NCBI GenBank assembly: GCA_963722835.1 | Contig: CAVROK010000001.1 | Span: 170,430-234,429 of the forward strand | Reading direction: 5' to 3' | Source of the DNA: an uncultured Actinomycetota bacterium | Lineage (GTDB): Bacteria; Actinomycetota; Actinomycetes; Propionibacteriales; Nocardioidaceae | DNA: 64,000 nt | Shown here: positions 53,806-64,000 of the stretch, piece by piece | How the letters are laid out: every line of letters starts with the position of its first letter | Numbering within the stretch: position 1 is the first letter of the stretch | Made by a program: the position numbers and the translations under genes | Notes under the pieces: model-generated | What the model saw: only the letters and a program-made list of their open reading frames with translations | Told to the model about the DNA's origin: nothing | Database searches by the model: none

Positions 53806-54670
53806 TCAGGTCGCCTCGATCCGACCGGGCTCCTCGGGCCGCTTCACCCCCATCACGATCGCGCTCGCCAGCACGACCAGCGCGAGGCCGACCACCTGCA
53901 GCGCGTCGAGGTGCTGGCCGAGGATGACCAGCCCCGCGAGGGCGGCGACCGCCGGCTCGAGCGAGAGCAGGATCCCGAAGACGTTGGCGGCCAGGCGGCG
54001 CAGGGCGAGCAGCTCGAGCGAGTACGGCAGCAGCGAGGACAGCACCGCGAGCCCCAGGCCCTTGACCACGTGCTCGGTGGTCCACAGGTCGCTGCTCGTC
54101 AGCCCCACCGGCAGGACCACGATCGTCGAGAAGACCAGCGCGAGGGCCAGGCCGTCGAGACCCTCGAACTCGGCACCGGTGCGCGTGCTCAGCAGGATGT
54201 ACGCCGCCCACAGCACGCCGGCCGTCGCCGCCAGGAACAGCCCGATCCAGCTGAGCTCGTCGAGCGGCACCGTCAACGCCTCGGAGATCAGCAGCACCCC
54301 GGCCGCGGCCGCCGTCACCGCGACGAAGTCCAGCGGCCGCCTCGACAGCACCGTGGTCAGCACCAGCGGGCCGAGGAACTCGACCGTCACCGCCACCCCG
54401 AGGGGCAGGTAGCGCGAGCGAGCCGTAGAAGCTCCAGTTCATCAGCCCGAGCGCCGTACCGAACGCCACCACGGTCAGCCAGGCCTGGCGCGAGTGCCCC
54501 CGCAGCCGCGGCCGAACCAGCGGCACCAGGATCAGCGCAGAGAACGCGATCCGCAGCAGCACCGACCCCCCGGCCCCGATCTCCGGGACCAGCGTCGCCG
54601 CCAGCGCCCCGCCGAACTGCACCGAGACCACCCCGCCGAACACCAGCAGCGGAGCGGGCACACGAGACAC
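53806..54670 (-). CDS. EamA/RhtA-like exporter (frameshift near 54410)
   Basis: SVQFGGALA, AVTVEFLGPL, LPYSLEL and LLSLEPA. Confidence 0.9.
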
Positions 54671-54690
54671 GCCCGCCACCCTAGGCCCCC

Positions 54691-54910
54691 GCCGACCGGG
54701 CACTTCTGGTTGCACGCCGATACACTGCCGAGAGGGCACTTCTGGTTGCACGCGAAATGTCGCGCGAGAGGGCACTTCTGGTCGTCGTACGACGTCGGCA
54801 GATGCCGCTCGACGTCCCGCGTGCAACCCGAACGCCCGCTCGATGCGTACATCCGCCAACCACGACTGCCCACTCGGCGAGCTCCCGCCAGCCAGGACTG
54901 CCCGGTCAGC
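54691..54910. repeat. Second intergenic cluster of the same 22-bp repeat (3 direct + 3 inverted)
   Basis: GCCGASMGGGCACTTCTGGTTG at 54691, 54727 and 54763 (36-nt period); inverted units at 54824, 54857 and 54889. Confidence 0.85.
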
Positions 54911-56582
54911 GGGCGCGGGAGACCCGGCCCTCGTCCCAGACCGGGCCGTCGGACTCGTAGACGGAGCCGTCGGCGCCGTAGACCAGGTAGCGGTCGAAGT
55001 CGCGGGCGAACCAGCGGTCGTGGGTGACCGCGAGCACGGTCCCCTCGAAGCGCGACAGCCCCTCCTCGAGCGCCTCGGCCGACTCGACGTCGAGGTTGTC
55101 GGTCGGCTCGTCGAGCAGCAGCAGGGTGGCGCCGGACAGCTCGAGCAGCAGGATCTGGAAGCGCGCCTGCTGGCCGCCGGAGAGCGACTCGAAGCGCTGG
55201 TCGGCCGCGTGCGCCAGCTCGTAGCGGTCGAGCGCGCGCGAAGCCGGCTCGCGCGGCATCCCGTCCCGGTGCTCGTCGCCGCGGTGCAGGATCTCCAGCA
55301 GCGTCCGCCCGAGCAGCTCGGGGTGCGCGTGGGTCTGCACGAACCAGCCGGGCCGCACCCGCGCACCGAGCTTGGCGCGACCTCCGTGCCTGACCGGCGC
55401 GACCGGGGTGTCGCTCACCGGACGGTGCTCGACGTCCGGGTCGCTGCCCCCGCCCGCGAGCAGGCGCAGGAAGTGCGACTTGCCGGAGCCGTTGGAGCCG
55501 AGCACGGCCACGCGCTCGCCGTACCAGACCTCGAGGTCGAACGGCTTCATCAGGCCGGTCAGCTCGAGCCCCTCGCAGACCACCGCCCGCTTGCCGGTGC
55601 GGCCGCCCTTGAGCCGCATGCTGACCTGCTGCTCGCGCGGCTGCGCGGTCGGCGGCCCGGCCTCCTCGAACTTGCGCAGCCGGGTCTGGGCGGCGCGGTA
55701 GCGCGAGGCCATCCCGTCGTTGTACGTCGCCTTCTGCTTCAGCGTCGCCACCAGGGTCTTGAGCTTGGTGTGCTCCTCCTCCCACCGTCGGGTGAGCTCC
55801 TCGAAGCGCGCGAACCGGTCCCTCCGGGCCTGGTGGTACGACGCAAAGCCGCCGGGATGGGTCCACGCCGAGTTCCCAGCCGCTCCCAGCTCGACGGTGA
55901 CCACCCGCGTCGCGGTGTTGTTCAGCAGCTCCCGGTCGTGGCTGATGAACAGGATCGTCTTGGGCGACTCGCGGATCCGTCCCTCCAGCCACACCTTCCC
56001 GGGTACGTCGAGAAAGTTGTCCGGCTCGTCGAGCAGCAGCACCTGGTCGGGCCCGGCGAGGAGGTACTCCAGCACGAGCCGCTTCTGCTCGCCGCCGCTG
56101 AGCGTCTCGAGGTCGCGGTACTTCGCCTTCTCGAACCCCACGCCGAGCGCCGCCGTGCAGCAGGAGTCCCAGACGACCTCGATCTCGTAGCCACCGGCGT
56201 CGGCGAACTCCGCCAGCGCCGTGGCATAGGACATCTGCGTCGCCTCGTCGTCGGCCTCCATCAGCTTCAGCTCGAGCCGGTCCACCTCGGCCGCAGCGGC
56301 GCGCACCCGAGGGGGTGACACCGAGAGCAGCAGCTCGGCCACCGAGGTCGAGCCCCGGGCCACCATCTGGCGCATCACCCCGAGACCACCGGAGCGGGTC
56401 ACGGCGCCCTCGTGCGGGGTCAGCTCACCGGTGATGATCCGCAGCAGCGTGGTCTTCCCCGCGCCGTTCGCGCCGACCAGGGCGACCTTGGCGCCGTCGC
56501 CGACCCGGAAGGAGACGTCGTCGAGCAGCACCCGCCCGTCGGGCAGCTCGTAGCGCACGCCGGCGACCTCCACATGGCCCAT
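54906..56582 (-). CDS. ABC-F family ATP-binding protein
   Basis: Two ABC domains (GANGAGKT/LSGGE/LLLDEPDN and GSNGSGKS/LSGGQ/LLLDEPTDN) with a helical linker and no TM segment. Confidence 0.92.
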   Translation of the reverse strand: MGHVEVAGVRYELPDGRVLLDDVSFRVGDGAKVALVGANGAGKTTLLRIITGELTPHEGAVTRSGGLGVMRQMVARGSTSVAELLLSVSPPRVRAAAAEVDRLELKLMEADDEATQMSYATALAEFADAGGYEIEVVWDSCCTAALGVGFEKAKYRDLETLSGGEQKRLVLEYLLAGPDQVLLLDEPDNFLDVPGKVWLEGRIRESPKTILFISHDRELLNNTATRVVTVELGAAGNSAWTHPGGFASYHQARRDRFARFEELTRRWEEEHTKLKTLVATLKQKATYNDGMASRYRAAQTRLRKFEEAGPPTAQPREQQVSMRLKGGRTGKRAVVCEGLELTGLMKPFDLEVWYGERVAVLGSNGSGKSHFLRLLAGGGSDPDVEHRPVSDTPVAPVRHGGRAKLGARVRPGWFVQTHAHPELLGRTLLEILHRGDEHRDGMPREPASRALDRYELAHAADQRFESLSGGQQARFQILLLELSGATLLLLDEPTDNLDVESAEALEEGLSRFEGTVLAVTHDRWFARDFDRYLVYGADGSVYESDGPVWDEGRVSRAR

Positions 56583-56614
56583 GCCGTGGATTGTGCCCGC
56601 CCTCCCCGCGGGGG

Positions 56615-57841
56615 TCATCTGGATTGTTGGGCGGAGGTCTCCTGCTGCTCCGGCACGATGCTCATCAGACCGAGGCCGAGCATCAGCTTGTCCCGGGGAT
56701 CCGCGAGCCGTCGACCGGTGAGCTGCTCGATCTGCTTCATCCGGTAGATCACGGTGTTGCGGTGGCAGTACAGCTCCGCTGCCGCGTGGGTGGGCGAACC
56801 GTCGTGGCGGAGCAGGGCGCTCAGCGTCTGCACCAGGGTCTGCGCGTGTGACGGCGCCTGCGCCATCAGCGGACCCACGGTCTCGGCCATCAGCAACGGC
56901 ACGATCTGAGGGCTCCCGGCCAGCAGCACCTCCGGCAGCCGGTCGGAGACCGAGACGACGGTCCGCTCGCCGCGCGGCAGGGTCTCCGCCGCGCGGGAAG
57001 CCAGCTGGAACGCGGTGGCGAACCCCGCGATCCCCTCGGGCGAGGTGGCGACGGCGACCCGGCCGGTGGCGTGCGGGGTGAACAGGTCGACGAGTCCGGC
57101 CTCGTCCAGGAGGTTCCCGGCGAGCAGGCCGAAGTAGACCCCGCCCCGCACGTGCCAGAACGACCCGATGCCGAGTCGCTCGAGACGGTCCTCTGCCGGG
57201 CTGAGCGGCTCGTCCAGCGCCCCGTCGTACAAGGCGACGACGCAGGCGATCGCGGCGTCCCCGCTCACACCGAGCGCCACGCGCGCGTCGGCACCGAAGG
57301 CCGGATCGGCCCCGCGTCCCTCGACCAGCGCGTCGAGGATGCTCTGCTGGCGCTGGAGGTCCTGTCGCTGCAGCCGGGCGCTCTCACGGCGGTAGCCCTC
57401 GATCATCACGGCGTTCTGCACGTCGAGCGCTGCCCAGACCGCCTGTCCGGCCTCGAGCAGGACGTCCTCCTCGACCGCGTTGTCCTCCGCCCTCTCCAGC
57501 AGCGTCTGCCACAGGATCCGCGAGCCGAGCGTGTAGGCGCTCAGCACGAGCTCCATCGGCACGCCCTGGCGGGCGCGACGACGGCCGGTCTCGCGCCACA
57601 GCTCGACGGTTGCCGTGCCGGGTGTCCCCTGCTCGGAGAGCACCTCGAGCCCGCGCCGGATGTGTACTCGGGTGCTGTCGCGCACGTCGGCCCGCAGCTC
57701 GGCATCGACCCGGTCGTAGCGCTCGCCGTCGTACCCGAAGAGCTGGTCCATGATCGCGTCGGCGATGCGGTCGGACTCCCCCAGGAGCAGCCCCCAGGCG
57801 GCCGCGACCCGCGCCCTCAGCTCGGGGTCGGGGTCGCTCAT
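56615..57841 (-). CDS. PucR/CdaR-family transcriptional regulator
   Basis: N-terminal helical domain (GRRRARQGVP..VLSAY) and C-terminal AAAELYCHRNTVIYRM HTH. Confidence 0.9.
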   Translation of the reverse strand: MSDPDPELRARVAAAWGLLLGESDRIADAIMDQLFGYDGERYDRVDAELRADVRDSTRVHIRRGLEVLSEQGTPGTATVELWRETGRRRARQGVPMELVLSAYTLGSRILWQTLLERAEDNAVEEDVLLEAGQAVWAALDVQNAVMIEGYRRESARLQRQDLQRQQSILDALVEGRGADPAFGADARVALGVSGDAAIACVVALYDGALDEPLSPAEDRLERLGIGSFWHVRGGVYFGLLAGNLLDEAGLVDLFTPHATGRVAVATSPEGIAGFATAFQLASRAAETLPRGERTVVSVSDRLPEVLLAGSPQIVPLLMAETVGPLMAQAPSHAQTLVQTLSALLRHDGSPTHAAAELYCHRNTVIYRMKQIEQLTGRRLADPRDKLMLGLGLMSIVPEQQETSAQQSR

Positions 57842-57911
57842 CCCCCGCCCCCGCGGAGCGTCGGCAGGCAGGCCGAAGACCTGACCTCGGGCCGGGTGCA
57901 TGACGCCACGT

Positions 57912-58017
57912 TCGCACTCTACGCACAAACCTGACTACTGGCCGCACCGATTTGCTGCACATCGTCCAATGGATTTTGGGCATCGCGCCCAATGCCAAAG
58001 ATGTGCGCTCCGACCAA
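57912..58017. promoter_or_regulatory. Array of 17-bp dyads, probable operators of the PucR/CdaR regulator
   Basis: Perfect TTGGGC-ATCGC-GCCCAA at 57976-57992; degenerate copies at 57912, 57953 and 58001. Confidence 0.6.
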
Positions 58018-58073
58018 AGTGGTCAGGGTCACATCTGTGACCAGCGCCGAGACACACGAGGGAGGAACCCCGC

Positions 58074-58889
58074 ATGGGCCCGGAGGGCGATCGACCCGAG
58101 GGCTCCCGTGCGGATGACGGTGCCCGGTTCGTGCTCGAGGACGTGACGGTCACCTTCGGTGGACTGACCGCCCTCTCCGAGGTCTCGCTCTCGGTGGCGC
58201 CGCACCGGGTGCACGGCGTGATCGGCCCCAACGGGGCGGGCAAGACGACGCTGTTCAACGTGGCCTGCGGGTTCACCGTCCCCGACACCGGCTCACTGTC
58301 GTGGGAGGGGCGTCGACTCACCGCGCTGCGTCCACACGACCTTGCCGGGCTGGGGATCGCCCGGACCCTGCAGGGAGTCGGGCTGTTCGACCGGATGAGC
58401 GTCGTGGACAACGTCATGGTCGGGGCCGAGGCGGGTGCCGAGGCCGGGTTCCTCAGCAGCCTGCTCGGGTTGCGCAGGTCCGTCCGGGAGGAGCGACGCC
58501 TGCGCGCGGAAGCCCTCGAGGCGCTGGAGTCGCTCGGCATCGCGGAGTACGCCGGACAGCTCCCCTCGAACCTGCCCTACCCGATCCGCAAGAGGGTCGC
58601 CCTGGCCCGGGCCCTGGCCGCGCATCCACGACTGCTGCTGCTCGACGAGCCGGCCAGTGGCCTCTCGCACGAGGAGATCGAGGAGCTCGGCGAGCTGGTG
58701 CGCGCCCTCACCGACCGGATGTCCGTCCTGCTCGTGGAGCACCACATGGACCTGGTGATGAGCGTGTGCGACGAGATCACCGTGCTCGACTTCGGCCGGG
58801 TCATCGCCCACGGGTCGCCCGGGACGATCAAGGACGACCCGGCCGTGCTGGCCGCCTACCTCGGCGACGCGCTCGAGCAGGGAGGGTGA
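58074..58889 (+). CDS. Branched-chain amino acid-type ABC transporter ATP-binding protein (LivG-like)
   Basis: FGGLTAL, GPNGAGKT, LLLLDEPASG, VEHHM and AYLG. Confidence 0.92.
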   Translation: MGPEGDRPEGSRADDGARFVLEDVTVTFGGLTALSEVSLSVAPHRVHGVIGPNGAGKTTLFNVACGFTVPDTGSLSWEGRRLTALRPHDLAGLGIARTLQGVGLFDRMSVVDNVMVGAEAGAEAGFLSSLLGLRRSVREERRLRAEALEALESLGIAEYAGQLPSNLPYPIRKRVALARALAAHPRLLLLDEPASGLSHEEIEELGELVRALTDRMSVLLVEHHMDLVMSVCDEITVLDFGRVIAHGSPGTIKDDPAVLAAYLGDALEQGG

Positions 58890-58890
58890 C

Positions 58891-59604
58891 GTGCTGGCGA
58901 TCGACGGGCTGAGCACCAGCTACGGGCCGGTGCAGGCGCTGGACCAGGTCTCGCTGACCGCGCGACGTGGTGAGGTGACCGCCGTGCTGGGAGCCAACGG
59001 TGCCGGCAAGACGACCCTGCTCCGCACCGTCTCAGGACTGATCAGGCCCCAGCACGGGAGCGTCCGGCTCGAGGACCACGAGATCACCCGCACCCCGGCC
59101 GAGCGGATGCCCTCGCTCGGGATGGCCCACGTCCCGGAGGGGCGCGGGGTGATCACCGAGCTCACCGTGGAGGAGAACCTCCGCCTCGGCGGTCTCGGGG
59201 GTCTCGAGCGCCGGGACCAGGCGAGGGCGTCCGCCCTCGACCACGTCTTCGACCTCTTCCCCGTGCTCGGGGAACGGCGCGGCGCGTTGGCCCACACCCT
59301 CTCCGGTGGCGAACGGCAGATGCTGGTCGTCGGTCGTGCGCTGATGGCCCGGCCGAGGCTGCTGCTGCTCGACGAGCCGTCGCTCGGGCTGGCCCAACGC
59401 GTCGTCGCACAGATCTTCACCCTGCTGCGGGACCTCGTCGCCGAGGAGGGGCTCACCGTGCTGCTGGTGGAGCAGAACGCCCGCAGCGCCCTCTCGCTGG
59501 CCGACCACGGCGTGGTGCTCAACCTCGGTCGAGTCGTCGCGGACGACCGGGCCGACGTCCTGGCCGGCGACGCCCAGCTCCGCCACGCCTACCTCGGATT
59601 CTGA
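58891..59604 (+). CDS. ABC transporter ATP-binding protein (LivF-like)
   Basis: GANGAGKT, VPEGR, LSGGERQM, DEPSLGL and VEQN. Confidence 0.92.
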   Translation: MLAIDGLSTSYGPVQALDQVSLTARRGEVTAVLGANGAGKTTLLRTVSGLIRPQHGSVRLEDHEITRTPAERMPSLGMAHVPEGRGVITELTVEENLRLGGLGGLERRDQARASALDHVFDLFPVLGERRGALAHTLSGGERQMLVVGRALMARPRLLLLDEPSLGLAQRVVAQIFTLLRDLVAEEGLTVLLVEQNARSALSLADHGVVLNLGRVVADDRADVLAGDAQLRHAYLGF

Positions 59605-59619
59605 CGGACAGGAGAGCTC

Positions 59620-60498
59620 GTGCAGCAGTTCGTGAACACCGCGCTCGGTGGCCTCACCCTGGGCATGGTGTACGCCGCCTTCGCGCTCGCCCTGGTGCTG
59701 ATCTGGCGTTCCACCCGGATCGTCAACTTCGCCCAGGCGCCGATGGCGATGCTCACGACGTTCGTCGCCCTGACGCTCATCGACGCCGGCTACTCCTACT
59801 GGATCGGCTTCGCCGCGGCCCTGCTCGCCGGGCTGCTGCTCGGTGCGGTCGTCGAACGGGTGGTGATCCGGCCGGTCGAGGGAAAGTCGGAGATCAACGC
59901 CGTCATCCTCACGCTCGGCCTGTTCATCGTGCTGCACGCGTTCGCCTCGGTCGTCTTCGGCAACCGGTACCGCTCCTTCCCGGCACCGTTCGGCATCCGC
60001 GGCATCGAGGTCGGGGGCACCACCATCGCGCTGACCGGCTTCGGCATCTTCACCGTCGTGTCGGTCGTCGTGGTGATGGCACTGCTGGTGCTGCTCTTCC
60101 GGTTCACCGACGTCGGGCTGCGCATGCGCGCCTCGGCCTTCAACCCCGAGGTCGCGCGACTCCTCGGTGTCCGGGTCGGCGGGATGCTCACGCTGGGCTG
60201 GGCGCTCGCCTCCCTCGTCGGGTCCCTGGCCGGGATCCTGATCGCGGGCGGCAGCCTGGTGCACCCGGGCTACATGGACTCGATCGTGGTCTACGGGTTC
60301 GTCGCCGCCGTGCTCGGCGGCCTCGACTCACCGGCCGGCGCCGTGGTCGGCGGCCTGCTGCTCGGCATCTCCCTGAGCTTCGTCAGCGGCTACCTCGGCT
60401 CGGAGCTGGTGGCGCTCGCCGCGCTCGCGATCCTGATGGGCGTCCTGCTGCTCCGTCCGAGCGGGCTGTTCGCCCAGGCACAGGAACGGCGGGTCTGA
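59620..60498 (+). CDS. ABC transporter permease (LivH-like)
   Basis: VNFAQ, GLRMRA and VLGG..S..G; multi-TM. Confidence 0.92.
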   Translation: MQQFVNTALGGLTLGMVYAAFALALVLIWRSTRIVNFAQAPMAMLTTFVALTLIDAGYSYWIGFAAALLAGLLLGAVVERVVIRPVEGKSEINAVILTLGLFIVLHAFASVVFGNRYRSFPAPFGIRGIEVGGTTIALTGFGIFTVVSVVVVMALLVLLFRFTDVGLRMRASAFNPEVARLLGVRVGGMLTLGWALASLVGSLAGILIAGGSLVHPGYMDSIVVYGFVAAVLGGLDSPAGAVVGGLLLGISLSFVSGYLGSELVALAALAILMGVLLLRPSGLFAQAQERRV

Positions 60499-60499
60499 C

Positions 60500-61606
60500 G
60501 TGCCACGACTGATCCGGGCGGTCTGGGACTCCTCGATGGGACGCCACCTCGTCGTGGCTGCGGTGGGCCTGCTCGTGGTGATGCTCGTGCTGGAGAGCGC
60601 GAGCGACTTCCGCAACGTGCAGCTGGCCGCGATGGCCTACCTGGGCCTCGCCGCAGGAGGTCTCACCATCCTCACCGGTGTGAACGGGCAGATCTCGTTG
60701 GGGCACGGGGCGCTGATGGCGATCGGCGCCTACACGGCGGCGCTGATGCTGCAGGACCCCGAGCCGGCCCTGCCGCTGCTCGGCATCGTGGTCGTCTCGA
60801 CGCTGGTCACGCTCCTGGTCGGAGCGCTCATCGGTGTGGCCGCCGCCCGCCTGCACGGCCCGTACCTGGCCGGCGCCACCCTCGCGCTGGCCGTCGCCGT
60901 GCCGGGCATCGCGCTCCGGTTCAGCGAGACCCTGGGCGGTGAGGCAGGACTCCGCGTGCGGCTGCCGGAGATCCCCGTCTGGGTCCTCGACGCGGCGTAC
61001 TTCGTGACGGGCAGCGAGCTGACCCGGAGCCGCTACGTGGCCTACCTCGCGTGGTTCACGCTGATCGTCGCGTTCGTGCTCCTCGCCAACCTGTCCCGGA
61101 GCCGGGTCGGGCGCCGCTGGCGTGCGGTGCGCGACGACGAGGTCTCCGCCGAGCTCGCCGGCATCGGGCTGGGCCGCGCGCGGGTCTCGGCCTTCATGGT
61201 CAGCGCGGCGGCCGCTGGAGCCGCCGGCGCCGTGATGGCGTTCTCGGTCCGGTTGGCGGCACCCAGCGGCTACACGCTCACCCTGAGCCTCACCCTGCTG
61301 GCGGCCGTCGTCCTCGGCGGGCTGGGCAGCCTCACCGGCGCGCTGCTGGGCGCGGCGTTGCTGACCTTCCTCCCCGACGTCGCCTCCGACCTGGGCCGCG
61401 ACGCCGGCCTCAGCGACATCCGGGCCGCGCAGCTGGCCCCGCTCGTCTACGGGCTGGTGATGGTGGCGGTCGTGCTCGTCGCACCGCTCGGCATCGTCGG
61501 GTCCCTGCGCCAGCTGATGGCCCGTCGCCATCGCCCCACGCCTCGTACGACGACCAGCACGGCTCCGACCGGACCCGTGACCACCTCGAAGGGAGAAGCC
61601 CGATGA
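60500..61606 (+). CDS. ABC transporter permease (LivM-like)
   Basis: GQISLGH, GPYLAGAT, GRRWRAVRDDE and VLGGLGS. Confidence 0.92.
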   Translation: MPRLIRAVWDSSMGRHLVVAAVGLLVVMLVLESASDFRNVQLAAMAYLGLAAGGLTILTGVNGQISLGHGALMAIGAYTAALMLQDPEPALPLLGIVVVSTLVTLLVGALIGVAAARLHGPYLAGATLALAVAVPGIALRFSETLGGEAGLRVRLPEIPVWVLDAAYFVTGSELTRSRYVAYLAWFTLIVAFVLLANLSRSRVGRRWRAVRDDEVSAELAGIGLGRARVSAFMVSAAAAGAAGAVMAFSVRLAAPSGYTLTLSLTLLAAVVLGGLGSLTGALLGAALLTFLPDVASDLGRDAGLSDIRAAQLAPLVYGLVMVAVVLVAPLGIVGSLRQLMARRHRPTPRTTTSTAPTGPVTTSKGEAR

Positions 61607-63003
61607 ACACCGCCAAGCACAGCCGGCTCAGGAGGTGGGGCGTCCTCGCCACCGCAGGCATCGCCGCCCTGGCCCTCACCGCCTGCGGGGGAAGCAGGCC
61701 CGAGGGCGGGGCCAGCACCGTCGGGGTGACGGACGACTCGGTCAAGGTCGGTGGACACTTCCCACTCACCGGCGTCGCGGCCCCGGGCTACAGCGAGATC
61801 CCCACCGGCGCGAAGGCCTACTTCGACTACGTCAACGCGGCCGGCGGCGTGCACGGTCGCACGATCGAGTACCTGGTGCGCGACGACGGATACGACCCGA
61901 CGAAGACCAGCACGGTCACCAACGAGCTGGTCCTGAAGGACAAGATCTTCGCCATGGTCGGCGGCCTCGGCACCCCGACGCACGGCGCCGTCGTGGACTT
62001 CCTCAACGACGAGGGCGTCCCCGACCTGTTCGTCTCCTCCGGCTCGCTGCAGTGGGGCGAGGACCCGGAGAAGCTGCCGTGGACGTTCGGCTGGCAGACC
62101 GACTACGAGAGCGAGGGCAAGGTGATCGGCAAGTACGTCGCCGAGAACATGCCCGACGCGAAGGTCGGCCTGTTCCTCCAGGACGACGACTTCGGGGCCG
62201 ACGGCGAGAAGGGCCTCAAGCAGTACCTCGAGGGCCAGATCGTCGAGACCCAGCGCTACACCTCCGGCAACACCGACGTGGCGCCGCAGGTCTCGGCACT
62301 CCAGTCCTCCGGCGCCGACCTGGTGCTCGGGTTCAACACCCCGTCGTACACCGCGCTGACCCAGCTCACGGCGCTCAAGCTCGGCTACAAGCCGAAGTGG
62401 TTCTACAGCAACGTGGGTTCCGACGCGACGCTCGTCGGCGGCCTCCTGGAACGGTTCTCCGAGGGCGCGGTCAAGGGTGGGGCCAGCTCGCTCGACGGGG
62501 TCCTGACCACCAAGTACCTCGACACGGTCGACGACCAGCAGAGCGCGTGGATCAAGCTGTGGCAGAAGGTCTGGGAGCAGGAGGGGAGCGACGAACCGCT
62601 GACCAACTACCGCGTCTACGGGATGGCGCAGGCCTACACCTTCGTCCAGGCGCTCGAGGCCGCGGGCAAGGACCTCACGCGGCAGGGCATCGTCGACGCG
62701 CTCGAGGAAGGCGGCGCCGACTTCGAGGGTCCGCTGCTCGCCCCCTTCGCCTACAGCGCGGACAGCCACATGGGCACGACCGGGATGCGCGTCGCCCGGC
62801 TCGAGGGAGCCACCGTCGTCCCCGAGGGTGACGTCCAGGTCACGGAGATCGGGGACAACCCGATCGAGCCGGACGACTCTGCCGCCGCCGAGGACGCCCC
62901 GCCCGCCTCGGGGATCCCCGGGGGCGAGCTGAGCCGACCACGGAGCAGGGGCGCCCGACATGTGCGTAAGGTGAGGAAACATGTCGCAACAGATCCGGGC
63001 TGA
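61603..63003 (+). CDS. ABC transporter substrate-binding lipoprotein (LivJ/K fold); the true stop may be near 62933
   Basis: Lipobox LTAC; GVTDDSVKVG, NAAGGVHGR and DDGYDP; ATGA overlap with the permease gene. Confidence 0.9.
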   Translation: MNTAKHSRLRRWGVLATAGIAALALTACGGSRPEGGASTVGVTDDSVKVGGHFPLTGVAAPGYSEIPTGAKAYFDYVNAAGGVHGRTIEYLVRDDGYDPTKTSTVTNELVLKDKIFAMVGGLGTPTHGAVVDFLNDEGVPDLFVSSGSLQWGEDPEKLPWTFGWQTDYESEGKVIGKYVAENMPDAKVGLFLQDDDFGADGEKGLKQYLEGQIVETQRYTSGNTDVAPQVSALQSSGADLVLGFNTPSYTALTQLTALKLGYKPKWFYSNVGSDATLVGGLLERFSEGAVKGGASSLDGVLTTKYLDTVDDQQSAWIKLWQKVWEQEGSDEPLTNYRVYGMAQAYTFVQALEAAGKDLTRQGIVDALEEGGADFEGPLLAPFAYSADSHMGTTGMRVARLEGATVVPEGDVQVTEIGDNPIEPDDSAAAEDAPPASGIPGGELSRPRSRGARHVRKVRKHVATDPG

Positions 63004-64000
63004 CGAGACATCCGCACCGCGCTGGCGCCTGATCGGGCCAGGGCTGGTGGTCGCCGCGACCGGCGTCGGGGCCGCCGACCTGGTGGCCACGCTGATCGCC
63101 GGCAGCAAGTTCGGCTACCTGCTGCTGTGGTGCGCGGTCGTCGGCTGCGTGATGAAGATCGTGCTGGTCGAGGGCGCCGGTCGCTACTGCCTGTCCACCG
63201 GCCGCACCGATCTTCGAGGGCTGGCGATCCCTCGGCATCTGGACCACGTGGTACTTCGCGCCCTACATCGTCATCTGGGGCTTCGTCTACGGCGCCGCCG
63301 CGATGGCCGGCACCGGCCTCGCCCTCTACGCGCTGTTCGAGGGGCTCTCGGTCACCTGGTGGGGCATCCTCTCGGGGCTGATCGGCCTCGCGCTGGTCTG
63401 GAGCGGGCGCTACGGCCTGTTCGAGAAGGTCCTGCGTTGCCCTCGTCGGTCTGATGTTCGTCACGATGGTCGGCGCCGCGCTGGTCACCCTGCCCAACCT
63501 GCCCGAGCTGCTGAACGGGCTGGTCCCGCGGATCCCCGACGACGGCCTGGTCAACGTGCTCGCTCTCGCGGGCGGCGTCGGCGGCACGATCACCCTGGCG
63601 GCGTACGGCTACTGGCTGCGCGAGAAGGGCTGGACCACGCCGAAGTTCATGCGGGTGATGCGGATCGACAACTCCGTCGCCTACCTCGTCACCGGGCTGT
63701 TCGTGATCGCCACCTTGATCGTGGGCGCCGAGCTGCTCTACTCCGCCAACATCGCCGTCGCCACCGGCGACAAGGGCATGCTCGACCTGTCCAACGTGCT
63801 CGCCGACCGCTACGGCACCTGGATGGGCAAGCTCTTCCTGGTCGGCTTCTGGGCCGCGGCGATGTCGTCACTGGTGGGCGTGTGGAACGGCGTCAGCCTG
63901 ATGTTCGCCGACTTCATGGGCAACGTGACCGGGAAGTCGAGCGACGACGCGGACTCCCGCGCCGGCGGACGCTGGTACAAGGCCTACATCCTGTGGCTGA
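62981..64000 (+). CDS. Nramp-family (YcsG/MntH-related) transporter, frameshifted and cut by the window end
   Basis: IGPGLVVAATGVGAAD, GSKFGY, GGVGGT..AYGYW and GFWAA..SSL. Confidence 0.85.

Noticed and set aside
54691-54784. Possible mini CRISPR array
   Set aside because: Spacers are only 14 nt, the repeats invert midway through the cluster and no cas genes are present. It is reported as a REP-like repeat instead.

Overview
A 64 kb window of a high-GC actinobacterial chromosome. Gene content and style suggest a Nocardioides-like organism (inference). About 55 CDSs are supported. No rRNA, tRNA, CRISPR-Cas, integrase or transposase is recognisable. Single-base frameshifts are frequent and occur even in rpsI and glmM, so they are read as long-read assembly indels and the genes are annotated as reconstructed. 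Housekeeping anchors are furA-katG, rplM-rpsI-glmM, gltA, a MetE-like enzyme, a TagF-like glycosyltransferase, an ABC-F protein and a liv-type ABC transporter. The main result is an ~19 kb block (11858-30775) that looks like one self-contained regulon. It encodes two MalT-like STAND-ATPase/LuxR regulators, two coupled pairs of ~70-90 aa ACT-like microproteins, two SHOCT proteins, a DUF6325-like protein, two sulfatases with a formylglycine-generating enzyme, a HAD phosphatase, two cation:proton antiporters and an MFS transporter. Nine transcription units in the block carry the same 21-bp dyad (CMTCRYCC-N5-GGRYGAKG). Its proximal half resembles the E. coli MalT box and ends 20-21 nt before a -10-like hexamer each time. 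A second unexplained signal is a 22-bp repeat family forming direct-then-inverted intergenic clusters at 41067-41204 and 54691-54910.
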